The notes: generated by a model not told the origin, from the letters alone. Counted from the first letter of the stretch, positions 51,638 to 62,167 are shown. The stretch: DNA of 64,000 nucleotides from an uncultured Acidobacteriota bacterium (GCA_963778755.1 CAVZVJ010000002.1:19463-83462); one strand, 5' to 3'. Numbers and translations: made by a program.

Positions 51638-52863
51638 CTATTCAGCGAAGCGGCCCGTCCAGACAGTTGGCACGGTGAAATTCCACCGTCGGACGAAGAG
51701 GCCACCCTGGTAGTCGAGTGGTGTCGGCGGGCCTGCGACAAAGCCCGATGGAGGACCTGGGGCGGTCCTTTGCTCCCAGTCCAATCCGTCGGAGGAAACG
51801 AGCAGTCTGAAGGTGTCCGGGTTGTACAGCCCGTCGTCGTATGGCTCACCCAGTGTCGTGATCATCCATCCGAAATCTGTTGGTTGCGGTGGTGTAGGCG
51901 ACCATGGGCTAACAAAGTTCCATCGGGTGTTCACCGGTTGCCATTCGACTCCGTCGGTTGAGGTCCACAGCTCCTGTGGTGCCCCGACAGAGAGCATGAG
52001 CCTCCCGTGTCCTGCGCTGAGATAGCCCCAAGACAGACTTGTCATTTCAGGGAGCTCTACGGTCTCCCAGTTGGTCCCATCCTCGGATCGCCACATGGTC
52101 AATCCGGCGGCGGCGCTGTTCATAATTTCAGCTGAGATCCCATAGATCGCCCCTTTGAGAGCGACCATTCCCGAACCCTTCCCACTTGGAGCGGGAACGG
52201 TCATGGGCTCACCACCGCGGATCACAACGGCCCAGTCGTTCATGCTGGCGTGGCGGTATATCCGAGCGTGGGGGACACCTATTGCACCCAGGTAGCTACT
52301 TGACGAACTCGATGTCCGGGAGGAGGCTTAGGCAACGTCACCGAAGCCTTGACCCAATTGGCTCCTTCCTTGTGGAGCAGTCTCAGGCGGCCATTGGTTG
52401 AATCGACGATGGCCCACGTCTCGCCTTCGTCTTCGAAGACCTGGAAATTGGAGCCTTCTGTATTGAACTCGGTCGGAGTCGAGGGCGGGGGTGAGGTCTG
52501 GCGGCTCCACTCGATCCCATCTGCTGAGATCCACCAACGACCATCGGACTTCGCGTAGTAACGGCCGTCAATCTGCAACCTTGTTGTCACCGACATCTCG
52601 AAGCTTGCCACCCTGCCCGGATAGGTCGGTGACGCGAACCATTCGAGTTTCCCCAGACCGGTCCAAGCGGATGTCATCGGCTTGTCCGTCGGGACCACGG
52701 TGCTTGGTTCACTCGTAGCAACTGCTGTCGTCACGCTGGCCGACGACGCGGATGTGATCGGGGCTTCGGCGTTGTCCTGACATCCGGCGAGCATGACCAT
52801 CCCCACTGTGAACAAGATCGCCGTCGGAAGGTGTCGCCGCTTGGTCGTGTCTCTGCTTTCCAT
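51638..52863 (-). CDS. Lipoprotein with BNR/Asp-box repeats, paralog B (two apparent frameshifts joining ORFs 52279..52863 and 51638..52243)
   Basis: Lipobox VMLAGC. Motifs are WISADGIEW, WRSEDGTNW, WTSTDGVEW and VSSDGLDW. The join reads LPKPPPG, then IEFVK, then SYLGAIGVPHARIYRHASMNDWAVV, near 52285-52305. It is colinear with paralog C. Confidence 0.65.
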
Positions 52864-53073
52864 CCCTCCCTATCAACCTGACCGCGGTGGTAGGACTCTT
52901 GTGATCTGCTTGAAGGCCGCCATCGAACAAGCGTGGAAGGCGGTCGCTTCCTGGCCGGAACGCCGCCTTCGATAGGTTCCATGGGCCCGTCTGCAAAACG
53001 GGCGACCCAGGCGGCGGAGAAACCGCGGAGAAGTGCGGCTTAGACCGACCAGCCGGTTTGGTCAATCCAGTAG

Positions 53074-54288
53074 TTATTCAGTGAACTTGCCGACCCGGAC
53101 CTTGACGCCGTTGATATCCGAATAGCGAACGAACAGATCATCCTGGAAGGTGAGCTCGTTCCGTCCGCAACAGATATAGCCCCCACTAAGGCGGGGAACT
53201 CCCACGCTCTGCCAATTCAGACCATCAGGCGATACGAGCATTGCGAACTGCTTGAGATTGAATTGCCCATAACCAAGTGGTTCACCGTGGTTGACGATCA
53301 TCCACCCAAAATCGGTCGGTAGCGGTGGAGTGGGGCCTGACATGCCTCCAACACCGGCTACTTCGACTGGCTGCCATTCCACGCCGTCAGGGGAACTCCA
53401 GATCTCCTGGGGGGCCCCAACCGAGAGCATCAAACGGCCGTGCCCGGCGGTGAGGTAGGCCCAGGACAGCCTGCTCGGGGACATTTCCGGGAGGTCCACC
53501 GGCGCCCATTCGACACCGTCCTCCGATCGCCAGACGGTGAATCCGGAGGCGCCGCGGCCTTCGATTTCGACCGAGACCCCGTACACCGCGTTGTTCAGCG
53601 CAACCATTCCCGAGCCGTTGCCGTTGGGATCAGGCACCGTCATCAACTGGTCACCCTGCGTCACGACGGTTGAAGCGGGTGCGCCTACGCCCGGGAAGGT
53701 CTCGCCGGCGATTCTGCGAGGGATCCCGTTCACCAGGATCGCCCCCCGATTGGCCTTCACCAACTCGATTCCGGGTGGAGGCTGGGGAGTGGTGACCGGC
53801 ACTTCCGCCCAGTCCTCACCTTGCCGGTGAAAGAGCCTGATCGCCCCGATGGTGGGAGCAAGAGTCGCCCAGGTTTCACCGTCGAGCTTCGAACATCTCG
53901 AAGTTTGACCCCTCGGAACTGAACTCCGGTGGAACGACATCTGGGGCGGACGCCAGTTCACGCCATGCGAGACCATCGGGCGAGGTCCACCAGCCATGCT
54001 CGGATTCGGCGTAATAGGTCCCGTCGAGACGAAACGGCGTTGATGTCGGATAGGGGTATCCAGGGGAGTTGTACCACTCGATCACCCCCACGCTCGTCAT
54101 CGACTTCTCGACTGGCTGGGGAGTCCAGGACGCTGGTGGTGGGACTGGACGGGGCCGTGGTGCGTGGGCTGTGGTCGTTGCCGATGGCCCTGCGCATCGG
54201 TTCCTCGGTCTGGTAACTGGCAGCCGACCAGCAGCGCCGCCACCAAGGTCAGGCCAATTGTGTTCTGCAAGTACCGGTGACGCCTCAT
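53074..54288 (-). pseudogene. Lipoprotein with BNR/Asp-box repeats, paralog C (about three frame changes)
   Basis: ATG 54288 follows AAGGAG, giving MRRHRYLQNTIGLTLVAALLVGC. Motifs are WTSPDGLAW, WRSEDGVEW, WSSPDGVEW and VSPDGLNW. The shifts lie near 54205, 54100 and 53885. Confidence 0.65.
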
Positions 54289-54425
54289 CTTCGGTCTCCT
54301 TTCAACTCGAGTCTGAGCCAACCCGATGGTGTTGGACGCAACCTTGTGACTTTCTTGGAGGCCGGTCCGAAATGGAGAAAGGGGGCGGGCCGGGCCCGCC
54401 CCCTTTCTCCAGGCAACCCGAACGG

Positions 54426-55378
54426 TCAGTTTCGAGTGGTCACGTAGATGTCGCCTGCTCCGGTCCGGGTCGAACCGAAGTACAGAGTCTTCCCATTCGA
54501 GGAAAGGCTGGGCCGAGTGTCCGAGGCCGCACTGTTCACCAGCGGTCCAAGGTTCGCCGGCGCCGACCAGGGGTCGGTGACCGATGCACGTGTGGCCGAG
54601 TAGATGTCGTTGCCCTGCGCTCCCGGGCGGTTGCTGAAGAAGAAGATCTCCTTCCCGTCCTTGCGCACGTTGGGCTGACCCTCGACTGCATCCGTGTTCA
54701 AGCCTGGGACCTGGGTCGCCACCTGGAACGAACCATGGTGGGAGCGGCTGACATAGATGTCGCCGCTGCCGGTCCGGGTGCTCGAGAAGTACAGCAACAA
54801 GCCATTCTTCTTGTCACGCTGCGGGAACGGGCTCGCCTCGTCGGACCCACTGTTGGGCCCGCCGTCGACGTCACATGCCAGGTGCTTCACCGGGGCGAAT
54901 GCCGGACGGTTGGGATCACCGAGTTGCAGTGCCCCCTTGTCCTTCAGCTTGGTGACATAGATGTCGGCGTTGGCGGCCGTGCCGCAATAGCCGGCCCGAT
55001 TACTGACGAAGTAGAACGACTTGCCGTTGCGTGCCAGCGTCGGGCAGAAGTCGGTTCCTGATCCGAGTTCACCGGAGCACCAACATTGTGGGCCGGTCCC
55101 CACGGGTCTGACTTGTTGGCCCGAATCGAAACCCAGATGTCGATCTGGCCCAGCCCGCCCGGTCGGGTCGATGCCATGAACAGCATCTTCCCGTCAGGGC
55201 TGATGAATGGGCACCCGTCCAAGAACCCATCCGTATTGAACGCTGGATCGGTGCCAGGAAGGTCCTGAACCCGTTGTGCCTGGCCCCACGGACCGAATCC
55301 GCCCATGGCCAGTGCCACGTTCGAAATCGAGGTCAGCATGACGGCCAGCAGCACAGCTATCCATTTGCGCCTGCTCAT
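54426..55378 (-). CDS. Secreted TolB-like (PD40 repeat) beta-propeller protein, one apparent frameshift
   Basis: ATG 55378 gives MSRRKWIAVLLAVMLTSISNVALA (signal peptide). PD40-type repeats are PFISPDGKMLFMASTRPGGLGQIDIWV, NGKSFYFVSNR, LLLYFSSTRTGSGDIYV, DGKEIFFFSNRPG and NGKTLYFGSTRTGAGDIYV. The join lies near 55060. Confidence 0.75.
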
Positions 55379-55509
55379 CACATCTCCCTTCGAGACAGAG
55401 CCCACCGAATTGGTGGCAAGTGGATATGGTATGGCCCTGCTCTTGGAGTGCTCTTGGAGTTCAGTGGCAGGGGTATCCAGAGCCTCGGTTGAGCCGCTAA
55501 CGGCATCGG

Positions 55510-57516
55510 TTGATAGATTCCGGCGTCCCAGCAGGAAGTCGAGGCGGAGCGGTGGCTCTCACTGAATCGGACCTCACAGACGGCTTGGACGCAATGGCCA
55601 GAAATGACTGGGGCCAGGCGTATCAGCTGCTCCGACTCCTGCTCGCAGACCCGGATGCGCCCCCGGAACACCTCGAGGCGCTCATGGAGGCCTCGTGGTG
55701 GGTTGGTCATATCGACGATTCGATTGCGGCAGGCGAGAGAGCGGCGAACCTCTATTCGTCCTTCGACCGCAACGCCGACGCAGCACGGGTCGCCATCCAC
55801 GTGGCCGAGAGCTATGCCCAGCGACTCCAATCTTCGATCGCGAACGGGTGGATGAGACGGGCTGCTCGATGGTTGGAGGGCGCTGAAGAAACCCGGGAGT
55901 TGGGTCAGCTCCGCAGACTGGAGGCAATGCTCGCCGCTGGATCCACGGAGGGCCTTGGGCAGGCGCTCGAGCTGGTGAGCGAAGTCGAAGCGATCGGGGC
56001 CCGCACCGGGGACAAAGACCTCGAGATGCTCGGACTCCATGATCGGGGGCGGTTCTCGGTCTATCTCGGAGCCATTGACGACGGGATGGCAATGATGGAA
56101 GACGCCATGGTGAGCGTGGTCGCCGGAGAGCTGCGCCCCAGGACGACGGGACGCATCCTGTGCAACATGATCGAGGTCACTGCCTCGATGGCGGACTACA
56201 AGAGTGCGAGCGAGTGGAGCGATCAGGCAACGCGGTGGTGTGACTCGATCGGAAATGCTGGCGGTTTCCCGGGCGCGTGCAGGGTTCACAGATCGGAGTT
56301 CATGCGCCTGCGCGGCGCATGGTCGGCTGCTGAGAGTGAAGCGAACCGCGCTGCCGACGATCTCGCCGACATCCGCCCCTATCAGGCGCAGGCATTCAAT
56401 GAATTGGGAATGATCCATCTCAACAGGGGGGACCTCGACGACGCCGAGGGCGAATTCCGGAAAGCGCATTCACTCGGGTTGGCCCCGATGCCGGGCTTTG
56501 CCATGTTGTCACTGACTCGCGGGGACATCTTGGGCGGTTGGGCCATGATTGAATCGGCGTTGGCCGGGACGGGCGCCGACCTTGCGAGGGCAAAGCTCAT
56601 TCCACCTGCGATCGAGATCGCCCTTGCCGCCGACATGGTCGACGATGCGAAAGTTCTGGCAGGTGAACTCGGCGAAATCGGAGAGCGGTATCAGTCCGAG
56701 CTGCTTGGAGTCTTTGCCTTGCAGGCTCAGGGGCGAATTGCGGCGAAGGAAGAGCGATTCTCGGATGCCATGGCTCCATTGCGCGAAGTCGTTGAGAAGT
56801 TGGTTTCTTGGGGAATGCCCTATGAGGCAGCACGGGCCAGATGCGACCTGGGTCGGGTCTTGATGGAGATGGGGTCCGACGCGCTCGGATCGCTCGAGAT
56901 CACAGCGGCGAGAACAGAATTCGAACGACTCGGCGCCAATCCCGAATTGGAGCGTATTTCCACGATTGCCGTCCTGTCCGACAATCAGGTTGTGAATCGA
57001 TCACTAACCACGATGATGTTCACGGACATAGTTGATTCGACGAAGCTCATCGGCCTGATCGGGGATGAGGCCTGGGCTGATCTCATCTCGTGGCACGATC
57101 GCACCATTCGTGGACTGCTGCAGACCCACGGCGGCTCGGAGATCGATCACGCGGGCGACGGGTTCTTTGTCTCGTTCCAGTCGCCACAGGAAGCGTTGAA
57201 GTGTGCGTCTGAGATCCAGGTCGTTTTACGGGCTCATCGCAAGGAGTCTGGGTTCGCACCTCGGGTCAGGATCGGGGTTCATGCTGGCGAAGTCCTGGAG
57301 TCGAATGGTGGCCTGGTGGGCACGGAAGTCCACGCTGCGTCACGGGTGGCCTCGGCCGCCGCGGGCGACGAGGTCCTGGTGTCCAGCTCGACGACAGAGG
57401 TCGCCGGCGACGGCTTCGAGTTCAGTGATGAAGTCGCGATCGAGGCCAAGGGCATGAGCGAGCCGATTCGGGTTCGAAACCTCATCTGGAAGTATCCCGC
57501 ACCCCCGGCATCCTGA
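55510..57516 (+). CDS. Class III adenylate/guanylate cyclase with a long N-terminal helical (TPR/MalT-like) region
   Basis: Intact 668-aa ORF; the start is uncertain. The C-terminal catalytic domain reads TTMMFTDIVDSTKL...HAGDGFFVSF...RIGVHAGEV. Confidence 0.8.
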   Translation: MIDSGVPAGSRGGAVALTESDLTDGLDAMARNDWGQAYQLLRLLLADPDAPPEHLEALMEASWWVGHIDDSIAAGERAANLYSSFDRNADAARVAIHVAESYAQRLQSSIANGWMRRAARWLEGAEETRELGQLRRLEAMLAAGSTEGLGQALELVSEVEAIGARTGDKDLEMLGLHDRGRFSVYLGAIDDGMAMMEDAMVSVVAGELRPRTTGRILCNMIEVTASMADYKSASEWSDQATRWCDSIGNAGGFPGACRVHRSEFMRLRGAWSAAESEANRAADDLADIRPYQAQAFNELGMIHLNRGDLDDAEGEFRKAHSLGLAPMPGFAMLSLTRGDILGGWAMIESALAGTGADLARAKLIPPAIEIALAADMVDDAKVLAGELGEIGERYQSELLGVFALQAQGRIAAKEERFSDAMAPLREVVEKLVSWGMPYEAARARCDLGRVLMEMGSDALGSLEITAARTEFERLGANPELERISTIAVLSDNQVVNRSLTTMMFTDIVDSTKLIGLIGDEAWADLISWHDRTIRGLLQTHGGSEIDHAGDGFFVSFQSPQEALKCASEIQVVLRAHRKESGFAPRVRIGVHAGEVLESNGGLVGTEVHAASRVASAAAGDEVLVSSSTTEVAGDGFEFSDEVAIEAKGMSEPIRVRNLIWKYPAPPAS

Positions 57517-57554
57517 GTCGACCGCGAGCTAGCCTCCGGCTCCTCGAACGGAAA

Positions 57555-57962
57555 GTGCGATCGACAGTGGATGCAAGTCGGCTCGGATCAGTCCCCCTTT
57601 TTGCCGAGCTCTCACGCAAGGATCTCAAGGCGGTTGCACGCCACGCCGACGAGGTCGACCTCCGCGAGGGGGCCAACATCGTCGAGCAGGGGCGACTGGC
57701 CTACGAGTTGTTCGTGATTGAGAGCGGGACCGCCGATGTGCAGATCGACGGATCGGTGATTGCACAACTCGGCCCTGGCGATGTTGTGGGGGAGATAGGC
57801 GTACTCCAGACTCACATGCGAACTGCCACCGTGGTTGCCACCTCGCCGGTCAAGGCCATCGTCATCTACGGCCCTGAGCTGACGGCGCTCACCGAAACTA
57901 TGCCTGGGGTCTTCGCCGAGCTTCAGCGTTTGATCACGGAGCGAACCGCCAGAAGCGGCTGA
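57555..57962 (+). CDS. Cyclic nucleotide-binding domain protein (stand-alone)
   Basis: 135-aa ORF reading VPLFAELSRKDL...GPGDVVGEIGVLQTHMRTATVVA. Confidence 0.85.
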   Translation: MRSTVDASRLGSVPLFAELSRKDLKAVARHADEVDLREGANIVEQGRLAYELFVIESGTADVQIDGSVIAQLGPGDVVGEIGVLQTHMRTATVVATSPVKAIVIYGPELTALTETMPGVFAELQRLITERTARSG

Positions 57963-58064
57963 CCGACTTACCACGGGGACATTCCCTGCGGCAAAGGCGG
58001 GTAGTGTGAATCACAGACCCGAATCCGGTCCCGGGTTCGACAACAAGACTTGGTGGAGGTTCAC

Positions 58065-58733
58065 GTGAAGATGTCCCGCATGATTGCTCTGGTTTCGGTG
58101 CTGCTCCTTATCGCTGCCTGTGGAGGGGCCGACTCGGGAGGAAGCACGACGGCCCCTAACGCGGTGACAACTTCCGAGGCTGTCGAGGTCACCACCGTTC
58201 CCAGCGAAGACGACCCGGGAGTGGCGAGTCTCGAGGACATGCCCGCGGAGTGCATTGATGCCTTCCGCAATTTCCTGCAGGCGATTGAGCCAATCATTCA
58301 GGACATCGATTTCCAGAACTCGACGATGAACGATCTCGATGCCCTGTCCGAGCAGCTGCAGCCGATCAGCGACTCCTTCGAGGCAGAGACCGCCAACTGC
58401 CCCGAGCTAGACATGTCCAGCGAGGAGAGCATTGCAGCGATGCAGGCAATGGCCGAACGTGATGCTCCGGGAACCGCCGCCTACTTCGCGTGGCTCGCCA
58501 GCTTGATGGCTAGCGTCGGCGACGGAGGGGGAGCGACAGTCTCCGGCGATTGTGAGACCGATATTGCCGCCATGCAGGAATACATCGATCGGGGAGGCAC
58601 CATGTCCGACCTCACCATGGGCGAGCTCACGGCGGTCAGCACGTTGATGTCGGCTTTGGCCACCGAGTGTTCGGCCGAACGATTCCAGGAATGGGCCGAG
58701 CAGGCGGACGTGGCGGCGTTCTCCGGCGGCTGA
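58065..58733 (+). CDS. Acidic hypothetical lipoprotein
   Basis: GTG 58065 lies 5 nt after GGAGG. The lipobox is LLLIAAC. The protein is Asp/Glu rich and has several Cys residues. Confidence 0.6.
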   Translation: MKMSRMIALVSVLLLIAACGGADSGGSTTAPNAVTTSEAVEVTTVPSEDDPGVASLEDMPAECIDAFRNFLQAIEPIIQDIDFQNSTMNDLDALSEQLQPISDSFEAETANCPELDMSSEESIAAMQAMAERDAPGTAAYFAWLASLMASVGDGGGATVSGDCETDIAAMQEYIDRGGTMSDLTMGELTAVSTLMSALATECSAERFQEWAEQADVAAFSGG

Positions 58734-58747
58734 GGTCCCTTGCTCGG

Positions 58748-59270
58748 TCAGTCGGTATATAGATCCTCAAGAGCTTTGAGATAGCCATCGGTGGCGGCGG
58801 CATTGTGCTGTCGCCACAATTCGAGAAGGTCGGGCGTGTCTTTCGGGATACTTTCCAGGGCGACGAGGGTGGGTTGCAACAACCGTCGCTGTTTCCCGAT
58901 CAAGGCAAGCGGTGATGCTCCCGAGCGCTGCAACAACACCAATTTGAGTTGGAACTCAACACGCATGTCGCGGACGTGTCTCACTGGCTCGCCGAGCCAG
59001 ACTTTCAGGCGGCGTCTTCCCAATGGAGTCGCCTTGTGAATCAGACGTTGCGGACCCCCGTCGCCGGGCTCAGTGTGAAGTGGTTCAGCAAGCCCAAGCG
59101 TGACCAGCCTGTCGAGGGCCCTGTAGGTCAAGGGTCGCCGCACCGTGAGCACTCGTCCCACCGCCCCGCTGGGGGCGAGGTCTCGAGAGATGGCAAACCC
59201 ATGTGTCGGCCCCTCGGCGAGAAGCCCCAAGCACCGCGTACTCGGTGAGGGACAGCTGTGGATCACCCAT
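58748..59270 (-). CDS. PadR family transcriptional regulator, apparent 1-nt insertion after codon 15
   Basis: ATG 59270 gives MGDPQLSLTEYAVLG. ORF 58748..59266 then gives LLAEGPTHGFAISRDLAP...RPLTYRALDRLVTLGL. The shift falls in a G4 run near 59221-59231. Confidence 0.75.
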
Positions 59271-59319
59271 TTGCGGGCAAACGGTAGATAGCTGTCGCCC
59301 GATAGCGTATTCTCCCTGC

Positions 59320-59335
59320 GACTAGCTAACTAGTC
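59320..59335. promoter_or_regulatory. Inverted repeat GACTAG-CTAA-CTAGTC in the padR/modA divergent intergenic region (candidate operator)
   Basis: Seen directly at 59320-59335. No known consensus could be assigned. Confidence 0.25.
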
Positions 59336-59362
59336 ACAGAGAGAATAATGGAGGTTTCGTTC

Positions 59363-60135
59363 ATGACCAGATACAGAATGGCTCTTCTGGTCGGAATCGT
59401 TCTCACGATCGCGGCCTGTAGCTCATCGAGTGGGGACACCACCACCACAGCTTCCGGCCTCGAGGGCGAGGTGCTGGTGTCTGCCGCAGCCTCGCTCACC
59501 GATGCATTCGGTGAAGCGGAAACTGCCTTCGAGGACGCAAACCCCGGAGTCGATGTCGTGCTCAATTTCGGAAGCAGCTCGTCCCTCCGTGAGCAGATCA
59601 TCGAAGGCGCCCCGGCGGATGTGTTCGCATCAGCCAACACCTCGAACATGGACCAGGTCGTGGAGGCTGATGCTGCGTCTGAGCCACAGATCTTCGCCAC
59701 CAACCTTCTCCAAATTGCGGTGCCCGAGGGCAACGAAGCCGGGGTCACCGGTCTCGAGGACTTCGCCAAAGAGGATCTCCTGATCGGACTGTGCGAGAAG
59801 GGACGTTCCGTGCGGCGACTTTGCCCGTGAGGCGCTCGAGAAAGCTGGCGTCACACCCTCCATCGACACCAACGAGCCTGATGTGCGAGCATTGCTGACC
59901 AAGAGTCGAGGCTGGTGAGTTGGACGCAGGGATTGTGTACGTGACCGACGTCCTCTCCACCGGTGGGACCGTGGACGGCATCGACATCCCTGAAGAGGAC
60001 AATGTGGTCGCCAGCTATCCGATAGTGGCCCTGAACGATGCTCCAAACCCGAATGCGGCTGCTGCCTTCGTGGCATTCGTCCTCTCCGACGAGGGCCAGG
60101 CGATCCTCGGAGATTTCGGGTTTTCGGGACCGTGA
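59363..60135 (+). CDS. modA: Molybdate ABC transporter substrate-binding lipoprotein, two apparent 1-nt insertions
   Basis: It reads MTRYRMALLVGIVLTIAAC...VLVSAAASLTDAF...NFGSSSSL...LIGLCEK, then DVPCGDFAREALEKAGVTPSIDTNEPDVRALLTK, then VEAGELDAGIVYVTDV...SYPIVAL. The shifts lie near 59795 and 59905. Confidence 0.8.
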
Positions 60136-60941
60136 CGAGCAAGCCTCCAGCTAGGCGGGGATTGGGGCACCCCCCGATCCTCATGGTGATCCTGGGAGCA
60201 CTCGGCCTCGCCCTGTTCCTGGTGCCCTTCCTGGGGTTGCTGACCAGGGTGCCTTGGTCTGACCTTCCAGAGCTCTTGGGCGAGGAGGTGGTGACCGATG
60301 CTCTGCGCCTTTCCTTGATCACGTCTCTGACCGCGACTGCGATCGCCGCCATCGTCGGCATACCCCTTGCCTGGTTGCTGGCGAGGGTCGCTTTTCCTGG
60401 TCGCGCCCTCGCCCGCGGCCTGGTCACCCTTCCTCTGGTCTTGCCGCCTGTGGTGGGGGGAGCGGCGCTTCTCTTCGCCCTGGGTCGTCGCGGGCTCATC
60501 GGCGAACCGTTGCATCAGGCGACCGGGCTCTTGCTTCCCTTCTCGACCTGGGGGGTGGTGATCGCCAACACTTTCGTTGCAATGCCCTTCCTCGTAATCA
60601 CGGTCGAAGCCGCCTTGCGCAACCTCGATCAACGCTACGAGGGAGCGGCTGCAACTCTCGGAGCCGGGAGGTGGACGGTGCTGCGGCGGGTGACGCTGCC
60701 GATGATTGCTCCCTCTTTGATCGCAGGATTGGTGCTCACCTGGGCCCGAGCGTTCGGAGAGTTCGGGGCGACCATCACCTTCGCCGGCAACTTGCAAGGG
60801 CGCACGCAAACGTTGCCCCTTGCCGTATTCGTGGCAATGGAAGGCGACCGCGACACGGCTGTCGTCTTGAGCCTGATGATGGTGATTGTCTCGCTGGCGG
60901 TCTTGTTGGCGCTTCGAGATCGATGGTGGAAAGCCCTGTGA
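60132..60941 (+). CDS. modB: Molybdate ABC transporter permease
   Basis: Intact 269-aa ORF with a GTGA overlap with modA. It reads LPLVLPPVVGGAALL...EAAATLGAGRWTVLRRVTLP. Confidence 0.9.
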   Translation: MTSKPPARRGLGHPPILMVILGALGLALFLVPFLGLLTRVPWSDLPELLGEEVVTDALRLSLITSLTATAIAAIVGIPLAWLLARVAFPGRALARGLVTLPLVLPPVVGGAALLFALGRRGLIGEPLHQATGLLLPFSTWGVVIANTFVAMPFLVITVEAALRNLDQRYEGAAATLGAGRWTVLRRVTLPMIAPSLIAGLVLTWARAFGEFGATITFAGNLQGRTQTLPLAVFVAMEGDRDTAVVLSLMMVIVSLAVLLALRDRWWKAL

Positions 60942-62007
60942 CCGCGAGAGGGCCTCGACGCAAATTTTTCGGTCAGGCGCGGCGATTCGTTCCAACTCGA
61001 GCTTTCTCTGTCGATTCCATCGGGTCGCACGGTGGCGTTGCTTGGGCCCAATGGCGCCGGCAAGTCCACGGCGGTTGCTGCTTGGCCGGTTACTTCCGAT
61101 CGACTCAGGGCGGATCACGCTCGGGGGAGTCACCGTCGACGATCCGGACGAGGGTCTCTTCGTCCCGGCGGAAGCGCGCAGAGTGGGTGTGGTCTTCCAG
61201 GACTATCTGTTGTTCCCACATTTGACCGTTCTCGACAACGTGGCTTTCGGGCTTCGCAGCCGGAAAGTGAACCGGTCCGAGTCGCAGGCCCGAGCTGGCG
61301 AGTGGCTGGATCGAATGGGGCTGGGCGGACAGTCACGGATGAAGCCGGGCGATCTCTCTGGCGGCCAGGCGCAACGGGTCGCCCTAGCCCGCGCCCTCGT
61401 GACCGAGCCCGACCTTCTGTTATTGGACGAGCCTCTCTCCGCTCTCGATGTCACCACTCGGGTTCAACTCCGCCGTGCTTTGGCGGAGCATCTCGAGGGG
61501 TTTCCCGGGCCCCGCCTGGTCATCACGCATGATCCCACCGAAGCCTTCCTCCTCGCCGACGAGATCCACGTCATCGAGGAGGGCAAGGTGACTCAGGCGG
61601 GCACTGCGGAAGACATTCGGCTTCGGCCCCGCACTCCCTATGCGGCCGATCTCGCAGGCTCCAACCTCGTGTCCGGCGTTGCCAATGACGGTGTTGTCGA
61701 TACCGGCGCCCATGTGCTCCACATCGCCGATCATCGGATCTCCGGTCCGGTTCTGGCGACGATTCGCCCGGCCGCCATTTCCGTCCACCTCCGGGAGCCA
61801 GAAGGGAGCCCGCGCAACTCCTGGAAGACGACCATCGACCTTGTCGAGCACCTTGGCGAACGTGCTCGGCTGAGGACCGGCGACCCACTCGTCCTTGCTG
61901 TCGAAGTCACCGACGAGGCTGCACGTGCTCTCGATCTCGTCGAAGGCACGCCGGTGTGGGTCTCGATCAAGGCGACCGAGATCACGGTCGAGCCGTACGA
62001 TGCCTGA
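60938..62007 (+). CDS. modC: Molybdate ABC transporter ATP-binding protein, two apparent 1-nt insertions near the N-terminus
   Basis: GTG 60938 overlaps the modB stop. It reads (M)TA, then GLDANFSVRRGDSFQLELSLSIPSGRTVALLGPNGAGKSTAVA, then LLPIDSGRITLGG...LSGGQAQRVALARAL...LLLDEPLSALD, with a C-terminal TOBE-like tail. The shifts lie near 60947 and 61085. Confidence 0.8.
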
Positions 62008-62167
62008 CCCGGTGGTGAATCTGTGAACGCGGGAGTCCGCGCTGACCTGTCCGACGTGCACCACCGCGGATACGGCTTCCACGCCGCCATGTGCGCTCCG
62101 GGGATCCTTCATCATCTCGAGCCCGTGCTGGAAAGTGGCGGTCTCGTTGGCCGTAAAGAGGTCTGAG

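Noticed and set aside
52864-53073. The 210-bp spacer between Asp-box paralogs C and B as a small RNA or terminator.
   Set aside because: It has only a 6-bp hairpin (GCCCGT...ACGGGC) without a U tract. That is insufficient evidence for any call.
55378-56469. A 363-aa minus-strand ORF.
   Set aside because: It is antisense to the N-terminal half of the cyclase gene. The real minus-strand gene (PD40 protein) starts at 55378 and runs leftwards.
59271-59362. A molybdenum-cofactor riboswitch upstream of modA.
   Set aside because: The region is too short and lacks the conserved Moco-motif blocks as I remember them.
60015-61133. A 372-aa minus-strand ORF, and similar ones at 59630..60499 and 54069..55061 (+).
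   Set aside because: These are antisense to or out of frame with modA/B/C and the PD40 gene. They are Arg/Pro-rich.
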